A DNA stretch of 48,255 nucleotides from positions 1 to 48,255 of the forward strand of contig CAMYIF010000015.1 in NCBI GenBank assembly GCA_947258415.1, in the 5' to 3' direction. Made by a program: the position numbers and the translations under genes. The DNA is from an uncultured Pseudomonadales bacterium. Lineage in GTDB: Bacteria; Pseudomonadota; Gammaproteobacteria; Pseudomonadales; IMCC2047. Within the stretch, counting starts at the first letter, position 1; every line of letters starts with the position of its first letter. Positions 9,807-20,772 of this stretch are shown in pieces. The notes below the pieces were generated by a model. The model saw nothing but the letters and a program-made list of their open reading frames with translations. It was not told the origin of the DNA and searched no databases.

Positions 9807-10130
9807 TTACTTTTGTTCTGAAATTTCCGCAGCCGGGTTTTCTGTGTCGGTGCTGTCGGTTGCTTCTCCCTCGCCCTCGCCTTCGCTCTCGGCTTCGCCA
9901 AATAAGTCGGCGCCCTGGTCTTCAATGCTGCGGCCGTTTAAAATTTCTTCGGTCAGCAGGTTTTCTGCGATTTCGCGCAGGGCAATAACGGTTGCCTTGT
10001 CACTGTCTTCTTTTACCAGGGGCTCTTTGCCGCCTGTTGCCAATTGACGTGCGCGCTTCGTTGCAACCATCACCAGTTCAAAGCGGTTGTCGACGTTATC
10101 AAGACAATCTTCAACTGTTACTCGTGCCAT
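9807..10130 (-). CDS. rpoZ: DNA-directed RNA polymerase subunit omega
   Basis: [30 protein letters not shown] is the canonical RpoZ N-terminus. The acidic C-terminal tail ([19 protein letters not shown]) is longer than in E. coli. Confidence 0.95.
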   Translation of the reverse strand: MARVTVEDCLDNVDNRFELVMVATKRARQLATGGKEPLVKEDSDKATVIALREIAENLLTEEILNGRSIEDQGADLFGEAESEGEGEGEATDSTDTENPAAEISEQK

Positions 10131-10223
10131 TTTAATTCCTGAATTATGTTACTTTGGGGTAGACCGCGTTTGAAAATAAACGCGTAACCGAACTCTTACG
10201 CAAGGCGCGCAAGTTTACTTAAT

Positions 10224-10862
10224 TTAAAGGGGGTTTGACAAGAGTTCTTTGATTAATTCTTGGATTGGTGCCACCCGAACTTCAAGATTTGATCTTTTCG
10301 CGTGCACGATAGTGATTAATTGCTCGAGCGCCTGCTCAAAATCATCGTTTACTACCTGGTAATCAAATTCCGCGTAATGTGATATTTCCGCGACAGCCTG
10401 CGCCATGCGCTGCTCAATGATCGCGTCGCTGTCCTGTCCCCGGTTAACGAGTCTTTCTCGTAACGTTTGCAAGGAAGGAGGCAAGATAAAAATACCAATG
10501 CTTTCCCCGACCAGTCTGCGCACTTGCTTTGCGCCCTGCCAGTCGATTTCAAGGATTACGTCGATCCCTTTTACCAGCTTCTGCTCCACCCAGGATTTTG
10601 ATGTTCCGTAGTAGTTGCCAAAAACGTTGGCGTGCTCCAGGAAGGCGTTGTCTACCAACATTTTTTCAAATTGTTGTCTGGAGACAAAATGATAATCCGT
10701 GCCATTTTTCTCGCCGGCGCGTTTTGCTCGCGTGGTAAAGGATATGGAAACGCAGATATCATCCAGCCTGTTGACCAGTTCGCGTACAAGGCTGGTTTTA
10801 CCAGCGCCCGAGGGTGCTGAAATAATAAATAATGTGCCACTGCGGACCGGGGATCGGCTCAT
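10224..10862 (-). CDS. gmk: guanylate kinase
   Basis: P-loop SAPSGAGKTSL, TTRAKRAGEKNGTDYHFVS, and EIDWQGA. Upstream of rpoZ. Confidence 0.95.
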   Translation of the reverse strand: MSRSPVRSGTLFIISAPSGAGKTSLVRELVNRLDDICVSISFTTRAKRAGEKNGTDYHFVSRQQFEKMLVDNAFLEHANVFGNYYGTSKSWVEQKLVKGIDVILEIDWQGAKQVRRLVGESIGIFILPPSLQTLRERLVNRGQDSDAIIEQRMAQAVAEISHYAEFDYQVVNDDFEQALEQLITIVHAKRSNLEVRVAPIQELIKELLSNPL

Positions 10863-10883
10863 GGTTGTCAGGCTGCCTGCTGC

Positions 10884-11750
10884 TTATTCGATATTTTGTA
10901 TTTGTTCGCGCATTTGTTCGATAAGCACCTTTAGTTCTACCGAAGCGCGGGTGATATCAGAATGAATTGATTTGGAGGAAAGGGTGTTGGCTTCCCTGTT
11001 CAATTCCTGCATTAAAAAATCCAGCCGTCGACCAATTGCGCCGGACTGGCCAAGGGTTCGTTGAACTTCCCGGGCGTGTGTTTGCAAACGATCGAGCTCT
11101 TCATCGACATCAGATTTTTGCAATAAAATAACTACTTCCTGTTCCAGCCTGCCAGGTTCGAGTTCCACTTTAGCTTCTTCAATGCGCGCCTGTAGCCTTG
11201 CCTTTTGTAAGGCCCTGATTTCCGGAAGACGGGTACGAATACTGCTGGTGAGTTCGTCCATGGCGCCCAGCCTTTGCTGGATCAAAAGTTCCAGGGCCCC
11301 GCCTTCCTGGTCACGCATTTCGGCAAGCTGGTTTAACGCATCCTGGTAGAGGTTCAGGGCAATGTCCCTGACTTCGTCGTAGTCGGTGTCAGCGGTCTGC
11401 AATACCCCTGGCCATTTGAGTAATTCAATGGCGCTGGCTGCCTTGCTGTTATCAACCTGCTCCTGAGCCTGCTTTAAAACCGTATTAATCGATTTTAACA
11501 ACTCTATATTGACCATGAGCTGGTCGCTTTGCTCGGATGAAGGGCGGAAAAACAGGCTCGATTCGAGTTTGCCACGGTAAAATCTTTTTTTGACGACCCC
11601 TCTCAGACCCGGCTCCAGGTCGCGAAGGTTTTCCGGTAAACGGAACTGCATATCCAGATAGCGATGGTTAACCGAGCGTATTTCCCAGGTGAGCGTACCC
11701 CACCGGGTCTGTAACTCTTTGCGCGCAAAGGCGGTCATGCTCGATGACAT
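10884..11750 (-). CDS. yicC: YicC family stress-induced protein
   Basis: MSSSMTAFARKE..WEIRSVNHRYLDMQFRLPE aligns with E. coli YicC MIRSMTAYARRE..WEMRSVNQRYLE. C-terminal ..EANTLSSKS..VELKVLIEQMREQIQNIE. The start is chosen at the ATG at 11750 (GGGGA SD). The track ORF extends to 11789. Confidence 0.9.
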   Translation of the reverse strand: MSSSMTAFARKELQTRWGTLTWEIRSVNHRYLDMQFRLPENLRDLEPGLRGVVKKRFYRGKLESSLFFRPSSEQSDQLMVNIELLKSINTVLKQAQEQVDNSKAASAIELLKWPGVLQTADTDYDEVRDIALNLYQDALNQLAEMRDQEGGALELLIQQRLGAMDELTSSIRTRLPEIRALQKARLQARIEEAKVELEPGRLEQEVVILLQKSDVDEELDRLQTHAREVQRTLGQSGAIGRRLDFLMQELNREANTLSSKSIHSDITRASVELKVLIEQMREQIQNIE

Positions 11751-11849
11751 CGAAATCCCCGACATATTAGCGTTAAAATCGGGCAACATTATACAGTGAT
11801 ATCAAGGTATAATGTTGCACTTTGTTTGAAATAACAATACGGGGAAACT

Positions 11850-12566
11850 ATGCGTCCAAGCGGTAGAGCTGCAGGTGATTTGAGAGCGGTAAAAATTATT
11901 AGAAATTATACCAGGCATGCCGAAGGTTCTGTTTTGATTGAGTTTGGCGATACCAGGGTAATTTGTACGGCCAGCGTAGACAAGGGCGTTCCCAGGTTCC
12001 TGCGGGGCAGTGGTGAAGGCTGGGTAACCGCCGAATACGGTATGTTACCCCGTTCGACAAATTTTCGTATGGGTCGTGAAGCCGTCCGCGGCAAACAGGG
12101 TGGACGGACGGTTGAGATACAAAGGTTGATCGGACGGTCGTTACGCGCAGCCATTGATTTAAAAAAGCTGGGCGAAAATACCATTGTAATCGATTGCGAT
12201 GTAATACAGGCAGATGGTGGTACCCGCACCGCCTCCATTACCGGCGGTTTTGTTGCCCTGGCAGACGCCCTTCGCGGCATGCAAGATAAGGGTGTTATTG
12301 AAAAAAATCCGCTTACGCATTTCGTGGCCGCCGTGTCGGTTGGTGTCTACAACGGGAATCCGGTTCTCGACCTGGATTACGCAGAGGATTCGAATGCCCA
12401 AACCGACATGAACGTAATTATGACCGAGAAGTCCGGTTATGTCGAAGTACAGGGTACGGCCGAGGATGGCCCATATAGCCGGGCAGAGTTGAATGACATG
12501 CTGACATTGGCTGAAAAAGGTATTGCAGAACTGATCGAAATTCAGCGTGGTGCATTGGGAGGATAG
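11850..12566 (+). CDS. rph: ribonuclease PH
   Basis: [12 protein letters not shown].., [23 protein letters not shown]. 238 aa, the same length as E. coli Rph. Confidence 0.96.
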   Translation: MRPSGRAAGDLRAVKIIRNYTRHAEGSVLIEFGDTRVICTASVDKGVPRFLRGSGEGWVTAEYGMLPRSTNFRMGREAVRGKQGGRTVEIQRLIGRSLRAAIDLKKLGENTIVIDCDVIQADGGTRTASITGGFVALADALRGMQDKGVIEKNPLTHFVAAVSVGVYNGNPVLDLDYAEDSNAQTDMNVIMTEKSGYVEVQGTAEDGPYSRAELNDMLTLAEKGIAELIEIQRGALGG

Positions 12567-12568
12567 CG

Positions 12569-13219
12569 ATGCAGGATTATCAGCAGGAATTCATCAATTT
12601 TGCCCTGCAGCACGATGTATTGCGTTTTGGTGCCTTCGAGTTGAAGTCCGGCAGGACAAGTCCTTATTTTTTTAACGCAGGACTGTTTAACTCGGGTCAG
12701 GCTTTGGCTGAACTGGGCCGATTTTATGCGACCACTATCGAGCAGGCCAACATCGATTACGACGTGCTTTTCGGACCGGCCTACAAGGGTATACCGCTGG
12801 CGGCGGCAACGGCGGTAACCCTGGCCAACGAACACAACAAGGATATACCCTACGTGTTTAATCGCAAGGAAGCCAAGGTGCATGGCGAAGGTGGCTCGCT
12901 GGTTGGAGCAGCCATTAAGGGCAAGCGTGTGCTGATTATTGACGATGTCATTACTGCCGGGACGGCTATTCGGGAAGTTATGCGTTTACTTGAAAAAGAG
13001 GGTGCCAGTGCTGTCGGGGTTGTGATTGCTTTCAATCGCCAGGAAAGAGGACAAGGCGCTTTGTCGGCGATCCAGGAAGTAGAGCGGGATTTCGGTATTC
13101 CCGTGATCAGCATCATTAACCTGGCACATCTGGTTAATCATCTTCACAAACACCAAAACAGCAAGCAGCTATTGTCCCGGGTACAGGAGTATCAGCAGCA
13201 ATTTGGCGTTGCCCCCTAG
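12569..13219 (+). CDS. pyrE: orotate phosphoribosyltransferase
   Basis: [14 protein letters not shown] and the PRPP-binding motif [16 protein letters not shown]. It follows rph by 2 nt. Confidence 0.96.
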   Translation: MQDYQQEFINFALQHDVLRFGAFELKSGRTSPYFFNAGLFNSGQALAELGRFYATTIEQANIDYDVLFGPAYKGIPLAAATAVTLANEHNKDIPYVFNRKEAKVHGEGGSLVGAAIKGKRVLIIDDVITAGTAIREVMRLLEKEGASAVGVVIAFNRQERGQGALSAIQEVERDFGIPVISIINLAHLVNHLHKHQNSKQLLSRVQEYQQQFGVAP

Positions 13220-13377
13220 TCATTATCAAGGCAGATTAAAGGTATCATCGGGGTATCATGCACCGTCAATTCTTGTTTTAGGGCAGGTTCAGAACTGCAG
13301 GCTACAATTAATGTCATATGAAAATGTTGCTTACACTAACAGTGAAGCTTGACCTTTTATAATTAACTGCAGCATTA

Positions 13378-13406
13378 TTGGCAAATAATCAAGGGTATGA
13401 TTATAT
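13378..13406 (+). promoter_or_regulatory. candidate sigma-70 promoter for the DUF4124-like gene
   Basis: TTGGCA (13378-13383), 17-nt spacer, TTATAT (13401-13406). It sits 24 nt upstream of the ATG at 13431, which has a GGAAGGA SD. Sequence match only. Confidence 0.3.
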
Positions 13407-13430
13407 TGTGGTAAAGTTTGGGAAGGATTC

Positions 13431-14051
13431 ATGGCACGTATAAAACTACTATTGGCGTTGATCATTGCCACCCTCAGCCTGGTAACCGGTGTATCCTGGT
13501 CTTCTGAATATAGCTATCGATATTTTGATAATGAAGGTTTTGTTCACCTCGGTAACTCTATTCCTCCCGAATATCTCGCCAACGGTTACGAAATCCTCAA
13601 CGAGCGTGGTCGAGTGGTAGATGTCATTCTGCCTAAAAAGGTGCGTGACCAGCAAACTGCAGACCTGCTGGCCAAGGCCGAAGCACAACGCAAACTGGAA
13701 GTGCAGTACGCCAAAGACGAAGCTCTGTTACGCTATTACAGCAAGCCCGAGGATGTTATCCGGGTTCGGGACCGGAAGTTGGCCGAGTTTGATAATTTTG
13801 TCGCCATACAACAAGGCAGCATTGAAGCAAACAAACAAAAGGTGGTTAAACTGCAACGCCAGGCTGCAGATATTGAGCGTTCAGGGCGCAAGGTAAGTGA
13901 TGAAATCCTGGAGACACTGGCAACGCTGGACGAGAAAATCAAGGAATCTGAAGCGCTTATTGAAGCCAAGCTGATTGAGAAGGAACAGTTAAATAATGCC
14001 TTTCAGGCGGATATTGATCGCCTGGAATTTTTATTGAGTAATCTTAAATAA
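13431..14051 (+). CDS. secreted coiled-coil protein, DUF4124-like N-terminus
   Basis: Signal peptide MARIKLLLALIIATLSLVTGVSWS, then YRYFDNEGFVHLGNSIPPEY (resembles the DUF4124 Y.W.D..G..H.S...P motif), then approx 130 aa of Lys/Glu-rich heptad-like sequence. Confidence 0.6.
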   Translation: MARIKLLLALIIATLSLVTGVSWSSEYSYRYFDNEGFVHLGNSIPPEYLANGYEILNERGRVVDVILPKKVRDQQTADLLAKAEAQRKLEVQYAKDEALLRYYSKPEDVIRVRDRKLAEFDNFVAIQQGSIEANKQKVVKLQRQAADIERSGRKVSDEILETLATLDEKIKESEALIEAKLIEKEQLNNAFQADIDRLEFLLSNLK

Positions 14052-14087
14052 CAAATCAGGTCTGAGTTTCAGGTTTTGCCTGTTTTA

Positions 14088-14708
14088 TTATGGCGCGGAA
14101 AAGGCGCCGTATTTGTTAGCGCTAAGCAAGTGACTCGACAGGAATAGCCATTGGTCCGGCCAGTTTTCCGTCGGCTTCTGTTTAAAACCGCTACGCACAA
14201 ACTGAACAATGCGACCCTCAACACAGGCGATTAACAAGTTGGCCACGCTGCTGGCAGGCAGCTGCGTCACCAATCCCTCCCGTGTTTCGGCTTGGCGTAA
14301 TACTTGCCTGATCATTGTTTCCAGTCGCTCGAAAACCTGGTTGACGCGTTTGCGCAATCGCTCATTTTCGCCCATCAGCGCGTCCCCGGTCAGCAACCGG
14401 CATATCCCGGGGTTTTTCGCGGCAAAAGCAATGACCAGCGACAGAGATTTTTCGCAACTGTTAATTGCCTGGTTTTCTTCCTTGATGATCAGGTTGATCC
14501 TTGAAAATAAAGCGTCCTCGGCAAACTCTATAAGAGCCTCGAACATTTTGGCCTTGCTGGGAAATTGGCGATATAGTGCTGCTTCGGAAACACCGACCTG
14601 GTGTGCCAATGCCGCGGTAGTAATGCGTTTGCCCGGGTTTGTTTCGAGCATAAGGGCCAGGGTCTGCAAAATAATTTCACGGCGAGAAAGTGTCTTGTCT
14701 TTGCTCAT
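14088..14708 (-). CDS. slmA: nucleoid occlusion factor SlmA (TetR family)
   Basis: [66 protein letters not shown] closely parallels E. coli SlmA ([55 protein letters not shown]). Confidence 0.9.
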   Translation of the reverse strand: [206 protein letters not shown]

Positions 14709-14748
14709 AATCTAAACTTTGCAGGTTTTCCCGGATGCCCCGGATTAT

Positions 14749-15660
<912 letters not shown>

Positions 15661-15699
15661 TTATTATTGGAGACTTTATGGAAGCGCCAGCTTGCCACA

Positions 15700-18315
15700 T
15701 TAAAAAGGAATTGCAAGGTTTGGTTCTACGGCCAGCAGCTCTTTCTTGAAACGGTTCTGGATCTGTTCAAGTGCCACCGCATCTTCGGCGCCAAAACGCA
15801 GTACCAGCACAGGGGTAGTATTTGAAGCGCGGACCAGGCCCCAGCCATTTTCAAAATCGACACGAACGCCGTCGATGGTTGATATATCACCCTCGTCGAA
15901 TTCAGCTTTTTCCTGCAAGTTGCGTACTATTTCGAATTTGCTCTCTTCGGTTACTTCAATATTGATTTCGGGTGTGCTCAGGTCATCTGGAAACGATTCA
16001 AACAACTGTTCTGCGTCCTGCAATTCTGTCCCCAGTATTTCCAGCAGGCGGGCTGCACTATAGATACCATCGTCAAAGCCAAACCAGCGCTCTTTGAAGA
16101 ATATGTGGCCGCTCATTTCGCCGGCCAGTAATGCGCCGGTTTCGCGCATTTTGGCTTTAATTAAGGAATGACCGGTTTTCCACATGATGGGTCGACAGCC
16201 GTATTCACTGATCAGGCCGGACAGTCGACGCGAACATTTGACATCGTAAATGATGTCTGCCCCGGGGTTTCGGGAAGCTACGTCCTTGGCAAAAAGCATC
16301 AGCAATCGATCAGGCCAGATGATATTCCCGGCGTTGGTAACCACTCCCAGGCGATCACCATCGCCATCAAAAGCCAGGCCAATGTCGGCGTTGTGTTCGG
16401 CGACTGCGGCAATAACCTCCTGCAGGTTTTCGGGTTTACCCGGGTCCGGGTGGTGGTTTGGGAAACGACCATCGATTTCACAGTAGAGCGGAATAACTTC
16501 GCAACCCAGGTCCTCGAGAAGCCGGGGGCCAACGACACTGGCAACCCCGTTGCCACAATCGACAACAACTTTTAAAGGCTTGGCGATGGCGATATCGTTA
16601 ACGATTCGCTCGATATAGCTGTCAACAATATCGACATTCTCTTGCAAGCCGCTACCCTGGACAAATTTATTCTCCTCGATGCGTTTGTGAAGCGCCTGAA
16701 TGGATTCATTTGCCAGCGTTTCCCCGGCGATGACAATTTTAAAGCCGTTGTAGTTTGACGGGTTATGGCTTCCGGTAATCATTACCCCGGACTTGGTTTG
16801 CAGGTTATGGGTGGCGAAATAGACCACGGGTGTCGGAACGGTACCAATATTGATGACGTTTCGACCCGTGTCTCGCAGTCCCTGTATGAGCGCAGCGCAA
16901 AGCTCCGGGCTTGAAAGCCGGCCGTCGGCACCGACAACAACGCTATGCTCGCCTTTTATGGCCGCTTCGGTGCCCACGGCCTGGCCAATCCGGTAGGCAA
17001 TATCCGTATCCAGAGTCTCGTCAACAATGCCCCGTATATCGTATGCCCGGAATATGCCTGCCGGTACCGGTTTTAGTGGAACGTCAGGTTTGATGACCTG
17101 TTCTGTCGGGGTCTCGGCTGGCTGCTCGTCGGCTGCAGGTTCTCCAGCTTCAGCTTCGAAACCAACCAGGTCAAGATCCAGTATATCGTCATCTAATATT
17201 TCGGCATTTAAAGCCTCCTGGTTTTGTTCCCGGACCTCTGCTGATTGTTCGGCTTGCTTTTGTTCCGCTCGCTTGCGTGCAAACCGGGCGTTGTCGTCAA
17301 GCACGTTTTCTCGCTGCGAGTATTCAAGCGTTTTTGCCATACTGCCGAACAGGCTCAAACTAAAGCGCGGCGTTTTTTCATGGCTTCTTTCGATAAGGGA
17401 ACGACAGTAACTGACCAGGGTAACCGCATCGTTACGAACGCTCTGTCTCAAGCGAACGTAGGCAACCAGAATGCTCAGGCAGATTGCAAAAAATGCGAAC
17501 GCGAGCGGTGCCCAGAAAGCAGCACGCGAGAGCGTGTTTTCCTGTGCAAGTTGTACTGAGGGTTGAAACTGCAGTCGCCAATTGGGGTTGTTTAGCTCAA
17601 CTGACAATACCAGCTGTTCATCGTTAAACGGCTCGCCCCTTTGGATAATTGTCCGGGAGTTTCCCCGAAAGCTTTGTATTAATTTTATTGACCCGTATTG
17701 TGCATCAAAACGTTCCAGTTGATTGGACAATGCGTCCAGGCTAAAACTGGCCAGGATAACACCGACAACAGCGTCCGTGTTTTCGGCTTTTACCGCCTGC
17801 ACGAGTCTCAAAACGGGGATGTCTCTGGAAGTATCGACTTCGGCTGGCACCCGGGCACCCACCTCGGCATTGTTGATCATGTCAATTTCCCGAAAACTGA
17901 GCAGGTTTTTATCGGCGCTTAATTTTGCACTGCCAAATGGAAGCAGGTTGATATTGATCAGGTCGGGTATATTCCTGGTAAGCTCATCCCTGATCGCTAA
18001 CAGGGATTCAGGGTTGAAATTTTGCAGGGCATCTCGAGTCGAAGTTTGCTGGCTGATGTGCAGCAAGTGATTTTGCAGTTGTCCAACCTTTTGATTGAAG
18101 TAGCCTGCGTAAGTATCGGCGTGAGACTGGTAGACTGTGGATGTCAGTTGCCTGTTGCTGCCGTTTATAACCAGTGAATAGAGCAGGGCTGCAGCGATTG
18201 CCAGGGAAATCACCGACCCAATGAGGCTGATGATGCTGAACTTGAATAGGCTTTGATCCGGTTCAATGACTTTCCTGAAGTCAGAAGGTGTTAGCGGCTC
18301 CTGTTGTTCTACCAA
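15700..18315 (-). CDS. algC: phosphomannomutase/phosphoglucomutase AlgC with long N-terminal membrane/periplasmic extension
   Basis: The C-terminal approx 454 aa (from PAGIFRAYDIRG; TGSHNPSNYNGFK phosphoserine loop; FDGDGDRLGVV Mg site; GEMSGHIFF) are near-colinear with P. aeruginosa AlgC. The N-terminal approx 415 aa contain two predicted TM helices flanking approx 215 aa, then an acidic linker. TTG start with an AGGA SD 7 nt upstream. Confidence 0.9.
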   Translation of the reverse strand: MVEQQEPLTPSDFRKVIEPDQSLFKFSIISLIGSVISLAIAAALLYSLVINGSNRQLTSTVYQSHADTYAGYFNQKVGQLQNHLLHISQQTSTRDALQNFNPESLLAIRDELTRNIPDLININLLPFGSAKLSADKNLLSFREIDMINNAEVGARVPAEVDTSRDIPVLRLVQAVKAENTDAVVGVILASFSLDALSNQLERFDAQYGSIKLIQSFRGNSRTIIQRGEPFNDEQLVLSVELNNPNWRLQFQPSVQLAQENTLSRAAFWAPLAFAFFAICLSILVAYVRLRQSVRNDAVTLVSYCRSLIERSHEKTPRFSLSLFGSMAKTLEYSQRENVLDDNARFARKRAEQKQAEQSAEVREQNQEALNAEILDDDILDLDLVGFEAEAGEPAADEQPAETPTEQVIKPDVPLKPVPAGIFRAYDIRGIVDETLDTDIAYRIGQAVGTEAAIKGEHSVVVGADGRLSSPELCAALIQGLRDTGRNVINIGTVPTPVVYFATHNLQTKSGVMITGSHNPSNYNGFKIVIAGETLANESIQALHKRIEENKFVQGSGLQENVDIVDSYIERIVNDIAIAKPLKVVVDCGNGVASVVGPRLLEDLGCEVIPLYCEIDGRFPNHHPDPGKPENLQEVIAAVAEHNADIGLAFDGDGDRLGVVTNAGNIIWPDRLLMLFAKDVASRNPGADIIYDVKCSRRLSGLISEYGCRPIMWKTGHSLIKAKMRETGALLAGEMSGHIFFKERWFGFDDGIYSAARLLEILGTELQDAEQLFESFPDDLSTPEINIEVTEESKFEIVRNLQEKAEFDEGDISTIDGVRVDFENGWGLVRASNTTPVLVLRFGAEDAVALEQIQNRFKKELLAVEPNLAIPF

Positions 18316-18352
18316 CGTTTTTTCCTGCGTGCGTGATTATAGTTTTTTAATT

Positions 18353-18808
18353 TTAATGCTCACCTGTATGGCCGAAGCCACCAGCACCCCGTTGAGTAGT
18401 AGTGAACTCTTCAACAATTTCGAATCTGGTTTGTACAACGGGCACAATGATCATTTGAGCAATTCTCTCGCCAACTCTAATAGTGTAGTCCGATTGGCCA
18501 CGATTCCAACATGAAATCATCAATTGTCCCTGATAATCGGAATCGATCAGGCCGACCAGGTTGCCCAAAACAATGCCGTGTTTATGTCCCAAGCCCGAAC
18601 GGGGCAGTAACATGGCGGCGTAACCGGGATTTTCTACGTAAATAGCGATACCGGTCGGCACCAGCAGGGTGGCTCCCGGTGCCAATACCGTATCCTTTTC
18701 AAGGCATGCACGCAGGTCCATACCTGCTGAACCACTGGTCGCGTATTCTGGCAGCGGCACTTCCCGACCGACTCGGTCATCCAGAATTTTAACCTGCAGT
18801 TTATCCAT
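18353..18808 (-). CDS. dut: dUTP diphosphatase (module with its own ATG inside the fused coaBC-dut ORF)
   Basis: 151 aa from the ATG at 18808: [66 protein letters not shown]. These are the canonical dUTPase motifs, and the length equals E. coli and Pseudomonas Dut. Confidence 0.9.
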   Translation of the reverse strand: MDKLQVKILDDRVGREVPLPEYATSGSAGMDLRACLEKDTVLAPGATLLVPTGIAIYVENPGYAAMLLPRSGLGHKHGIVLGNLVGLIDSDYQGQLMISCWNRGQSDYTIRVGERIAQMIIVPVVQTRFEIVEEFTTTQRGAGGFGHTGEH

Positions 18809-19885
18809 ACTGGCTTTTTTGAAGTTGTAATGGCTGCTGGCTAATTGCCTGGATAATAGGCTCTTGTTTTCCAGCTTGCCCTTGGCGTATTCGATGACAT
18901 TCCGGGTTTCCGCCGCGAAACCCACCGTGAAGGGTTTGTCCTTAAGGCAGGCAACGCTGGCAACAATATCGATTGTTGGTTTCAGGCTGACGGTCATGGT
19001 ATCAGGGTGTTTCTTGATTTTCTGCTCGGCAACTACGATCGGGGTATAGTCCGCGACGGCCGCCGAGGCGATGAAAATATCACAGCCAGGCATCACTTTT
19101 TCGGTTGCCTCGTGCATATCCTGGGCGCTGACCACATTGACAATGTTGACTCTTTCGGGGACCGGAATATTGACCGGGCCGCTGATCAGGGTGACTTTTG
19201 CGCCTGCTTCAATGGCGGCTTCGGCAAGCGCGTAGCCCATTTTTCCGGAACTGTAATTGGTAATATACCGAACCGGGTCAATCGCCTCGCGGGTAGGGCC
19301 TGCAGTAATCACTACGTGTTTTCCCGTCAGTGCCTTGTATTGAAACTGGTTTGCAGTCAGGCGCAATAATTCGGCGGGTTCGAGCATCCGGCCCGGACCC
19401 ACATCTCCGCAAGCCTGCGCACCGTGCGCCGGCCCCATAATGATGGTACGGTTTTTTTGCAGTGTTTTCAGGTTGCGCTGCGTAGCTGAGTCTTTCCACA
19501 TAGCCTGATTCATCGCGGGAGCCAGGGCTATGGGAGCATTGGTTGCCAGGCACAGGGTGGTCAGCAAATCATCGCCCTGACCCTGCGCAAGGCGCGCCAT
19601 CAAATCGGCACTGGCGGGTGCGATCAGGATCAGGTCGGCCCAACGCGCCAGCTGGATATGACCCATGCCTGCCTCGGCTTCCGGGTCAAGTAATGTTGTG
19701 TGCACCGGGTTTCCTGACAGTGCCTGTAATGTCAGCGGGGTAATGAACTTCTGGGCAGCACTGGTCATCACCACCCTGACCTTTGCTCCGGCGTCTCCCA
19801 GCAACCGAACCAGCTCGGCACTTTTATATGCGGCAATCCCGCCACTGATGCCGAGAATAATTTGTTTGTTCATTAACTGCTGCAT
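18353..19885 (-). CDS. coaBC: continuous 510-aa ORF: CoaBC (PPC decarboxylase / PPC synthetase) lacking its C-terminal approx 40-55 aa, fused in frame to dUTPase
   Basis: Residues 1-343 are CoaBC ([68 protein letters not shown]). The expected DL(I/V)xANDV..FNSD.. segment is absent. A 16-aa linker leads directly to the dut ATG with no stop codon. See findings. Confidence 0.8.
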   Translation of the reverse strand: MQQLMNKQIILGISGGIAAYKSAELVRLLGDAGAKVRVVMTSAAQKFITPLTLQALSGNPVHTTLLDPEAEAGMGHIQLARWADLILIAPASADLMARLAQGQGDDLLTTLCLATNAPIALAPAMNQAMWKDSATQRNLKTLQKNRTIIMGPAHGAQACGDVGPGRMLEPAELLRLTANQFQYKALTGKHVVITAGPTREAIDPVRYITNYSSGKMGYALAEAAIEAGAKVTLISGPVNIPVPERVNIVNVVSAQDMHEATEKVMPGCDIFIASAAVADYTPIVVAEQKIKKHPDTMTVSLKPTIDIVASVACLKDKPFTVGFAAETRNVIEYAKGKLENKSLLSRQLASSHYNFKKASMDKLQVKILDDRVGREVPLPEYATSGSAGMDLRACLEKDTVLAPGATLLVPTGIAIYVENPGYAAMLLPRSGLGHKHGIVLGNLVGLIDSDYQGQLMISCWNRGQSDYTIRVGERIAQMIIVPVVQTRFEIVEEFTTTQRGAGGFGHTGEH

Positions 19886-20016
19886 AATTTATTCAAGCAC
19901 ACTATTATGTTCAAATTCAGGGAACCTAAGATAACATTGCTGGCGTGATTTTCCTACGGCTTGTTATTCAGGAACCGTCTCAATTCCAGCCCGACAAATA
20001 CTACACGGAGGTAGAT

Positions 20017-20691
20017 ATGTCGATCAATGAATGGCCTGTATCAGAAAGGCCACGCGAAAAACTCATCAAATCCGGCTCACAGGCATTATCCGATGCCGAG
20101 TTGCTGGCTATTTTCCTGCGCACAGGCCTGCCGGGTATTACGGCTGTTGATCTGGCAAGACAATTGTTGAAGTCCTTTGGGGGACTTAGACCCGTATTCG
20201 AGTCAGATTATCAAACATTTTGCAAATATCCCGGGCTGGGGGCAGCCAAGTATGCGCAATTGCAGGCAGTGCTCGAAATGGCAAGACGTCATTTTGGTGA
20301 AGCGCTGCAGCGGGGTATCGAGGTAAACGCGCCCGATGTTACCCGGAAATTCCTGCTGGCCAAGTTGCGAGGTTATAAAAAGGAAGTCTTCGCCTGCCTT
20401 TACCTGGATACCCGGCATCGATTGATTAATTATTGTGAACACTTTTTTGGCACCATCAATGGCGCCACCGTACACCCGCGAGAAATCGTCAAGACCGCAC
20501 TTGAGCATAATGCGGCGGCCGTTATTCTTGCCCACAACCATCCATCGGGATCAACCGAAGCCAGCCAGGCCGACAAGGCAATCACGCAGCGACTCTCACA
20601 GGCACTTGAGCTTATTGATGTAAGGGTACTGGATCATATGATTGTCGGCGATAACAGGGTTTTATCGTTTTCAGAAACCGGGCTTATTTAG
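20017..20691 (+). CDS. radC: RadC-like JAB-domain protein (UPF0758/YicR)
   Basis: ERPREKL..G...[15 protein letters not shown]-terminal HhH region and the JAMM motif AHNHPSG. The start is chosen at the ATG at 20017 (GGAG SD at 20007). The track ORF extends to 19945. Confidence 0.9.
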   Translation: MSINEWPVSERPREKLIKSGSQALSDAELLAIFLRTGLPGITAVDLARQLLKSFGGLRPVFESDYQTFCKYPGLGAAKYAQLQAVLEMARRHFGEALQRGIEVNAPDVTRKFLLAKLRGYKKEVFACLYLDTRHRLINYCEHFFGTINGATVHPREIVKTALEHNAAAVILAHNHPSGSTEASQADKAITQRLSQALELIDVRVLDHMIVGDNRVLSFSETGLI

Positions 20692-20772
20692 TTATAACAC
20701 CTGTTGATTTGCGGCTTCTTTACATGGCGTGTCGGACTACCTGAAAATTATGCTATAAAGCCCGGTCCTCGC

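Noticed and set aside
10164-10183. Perfect 7-bp hairpin CGCGTTT-GAAAAT-AAACGCG between gmk and rpoZ
   Set aside because: There is no T tract on the transcribed (minus) strand, and gmk-rpoZ are normally co-transcribed. It may be a minor RNA structure, but there is nothing to support a specific function.
19945-20016. 24-codon N-terminal extension of radC in the track ORF
   Set aside because: The ATG at 20017 has a GGAG SD and gives the canonical 224-aa RadC beginning ..[11 protein letters not shown]. The extension is not RadC-like.
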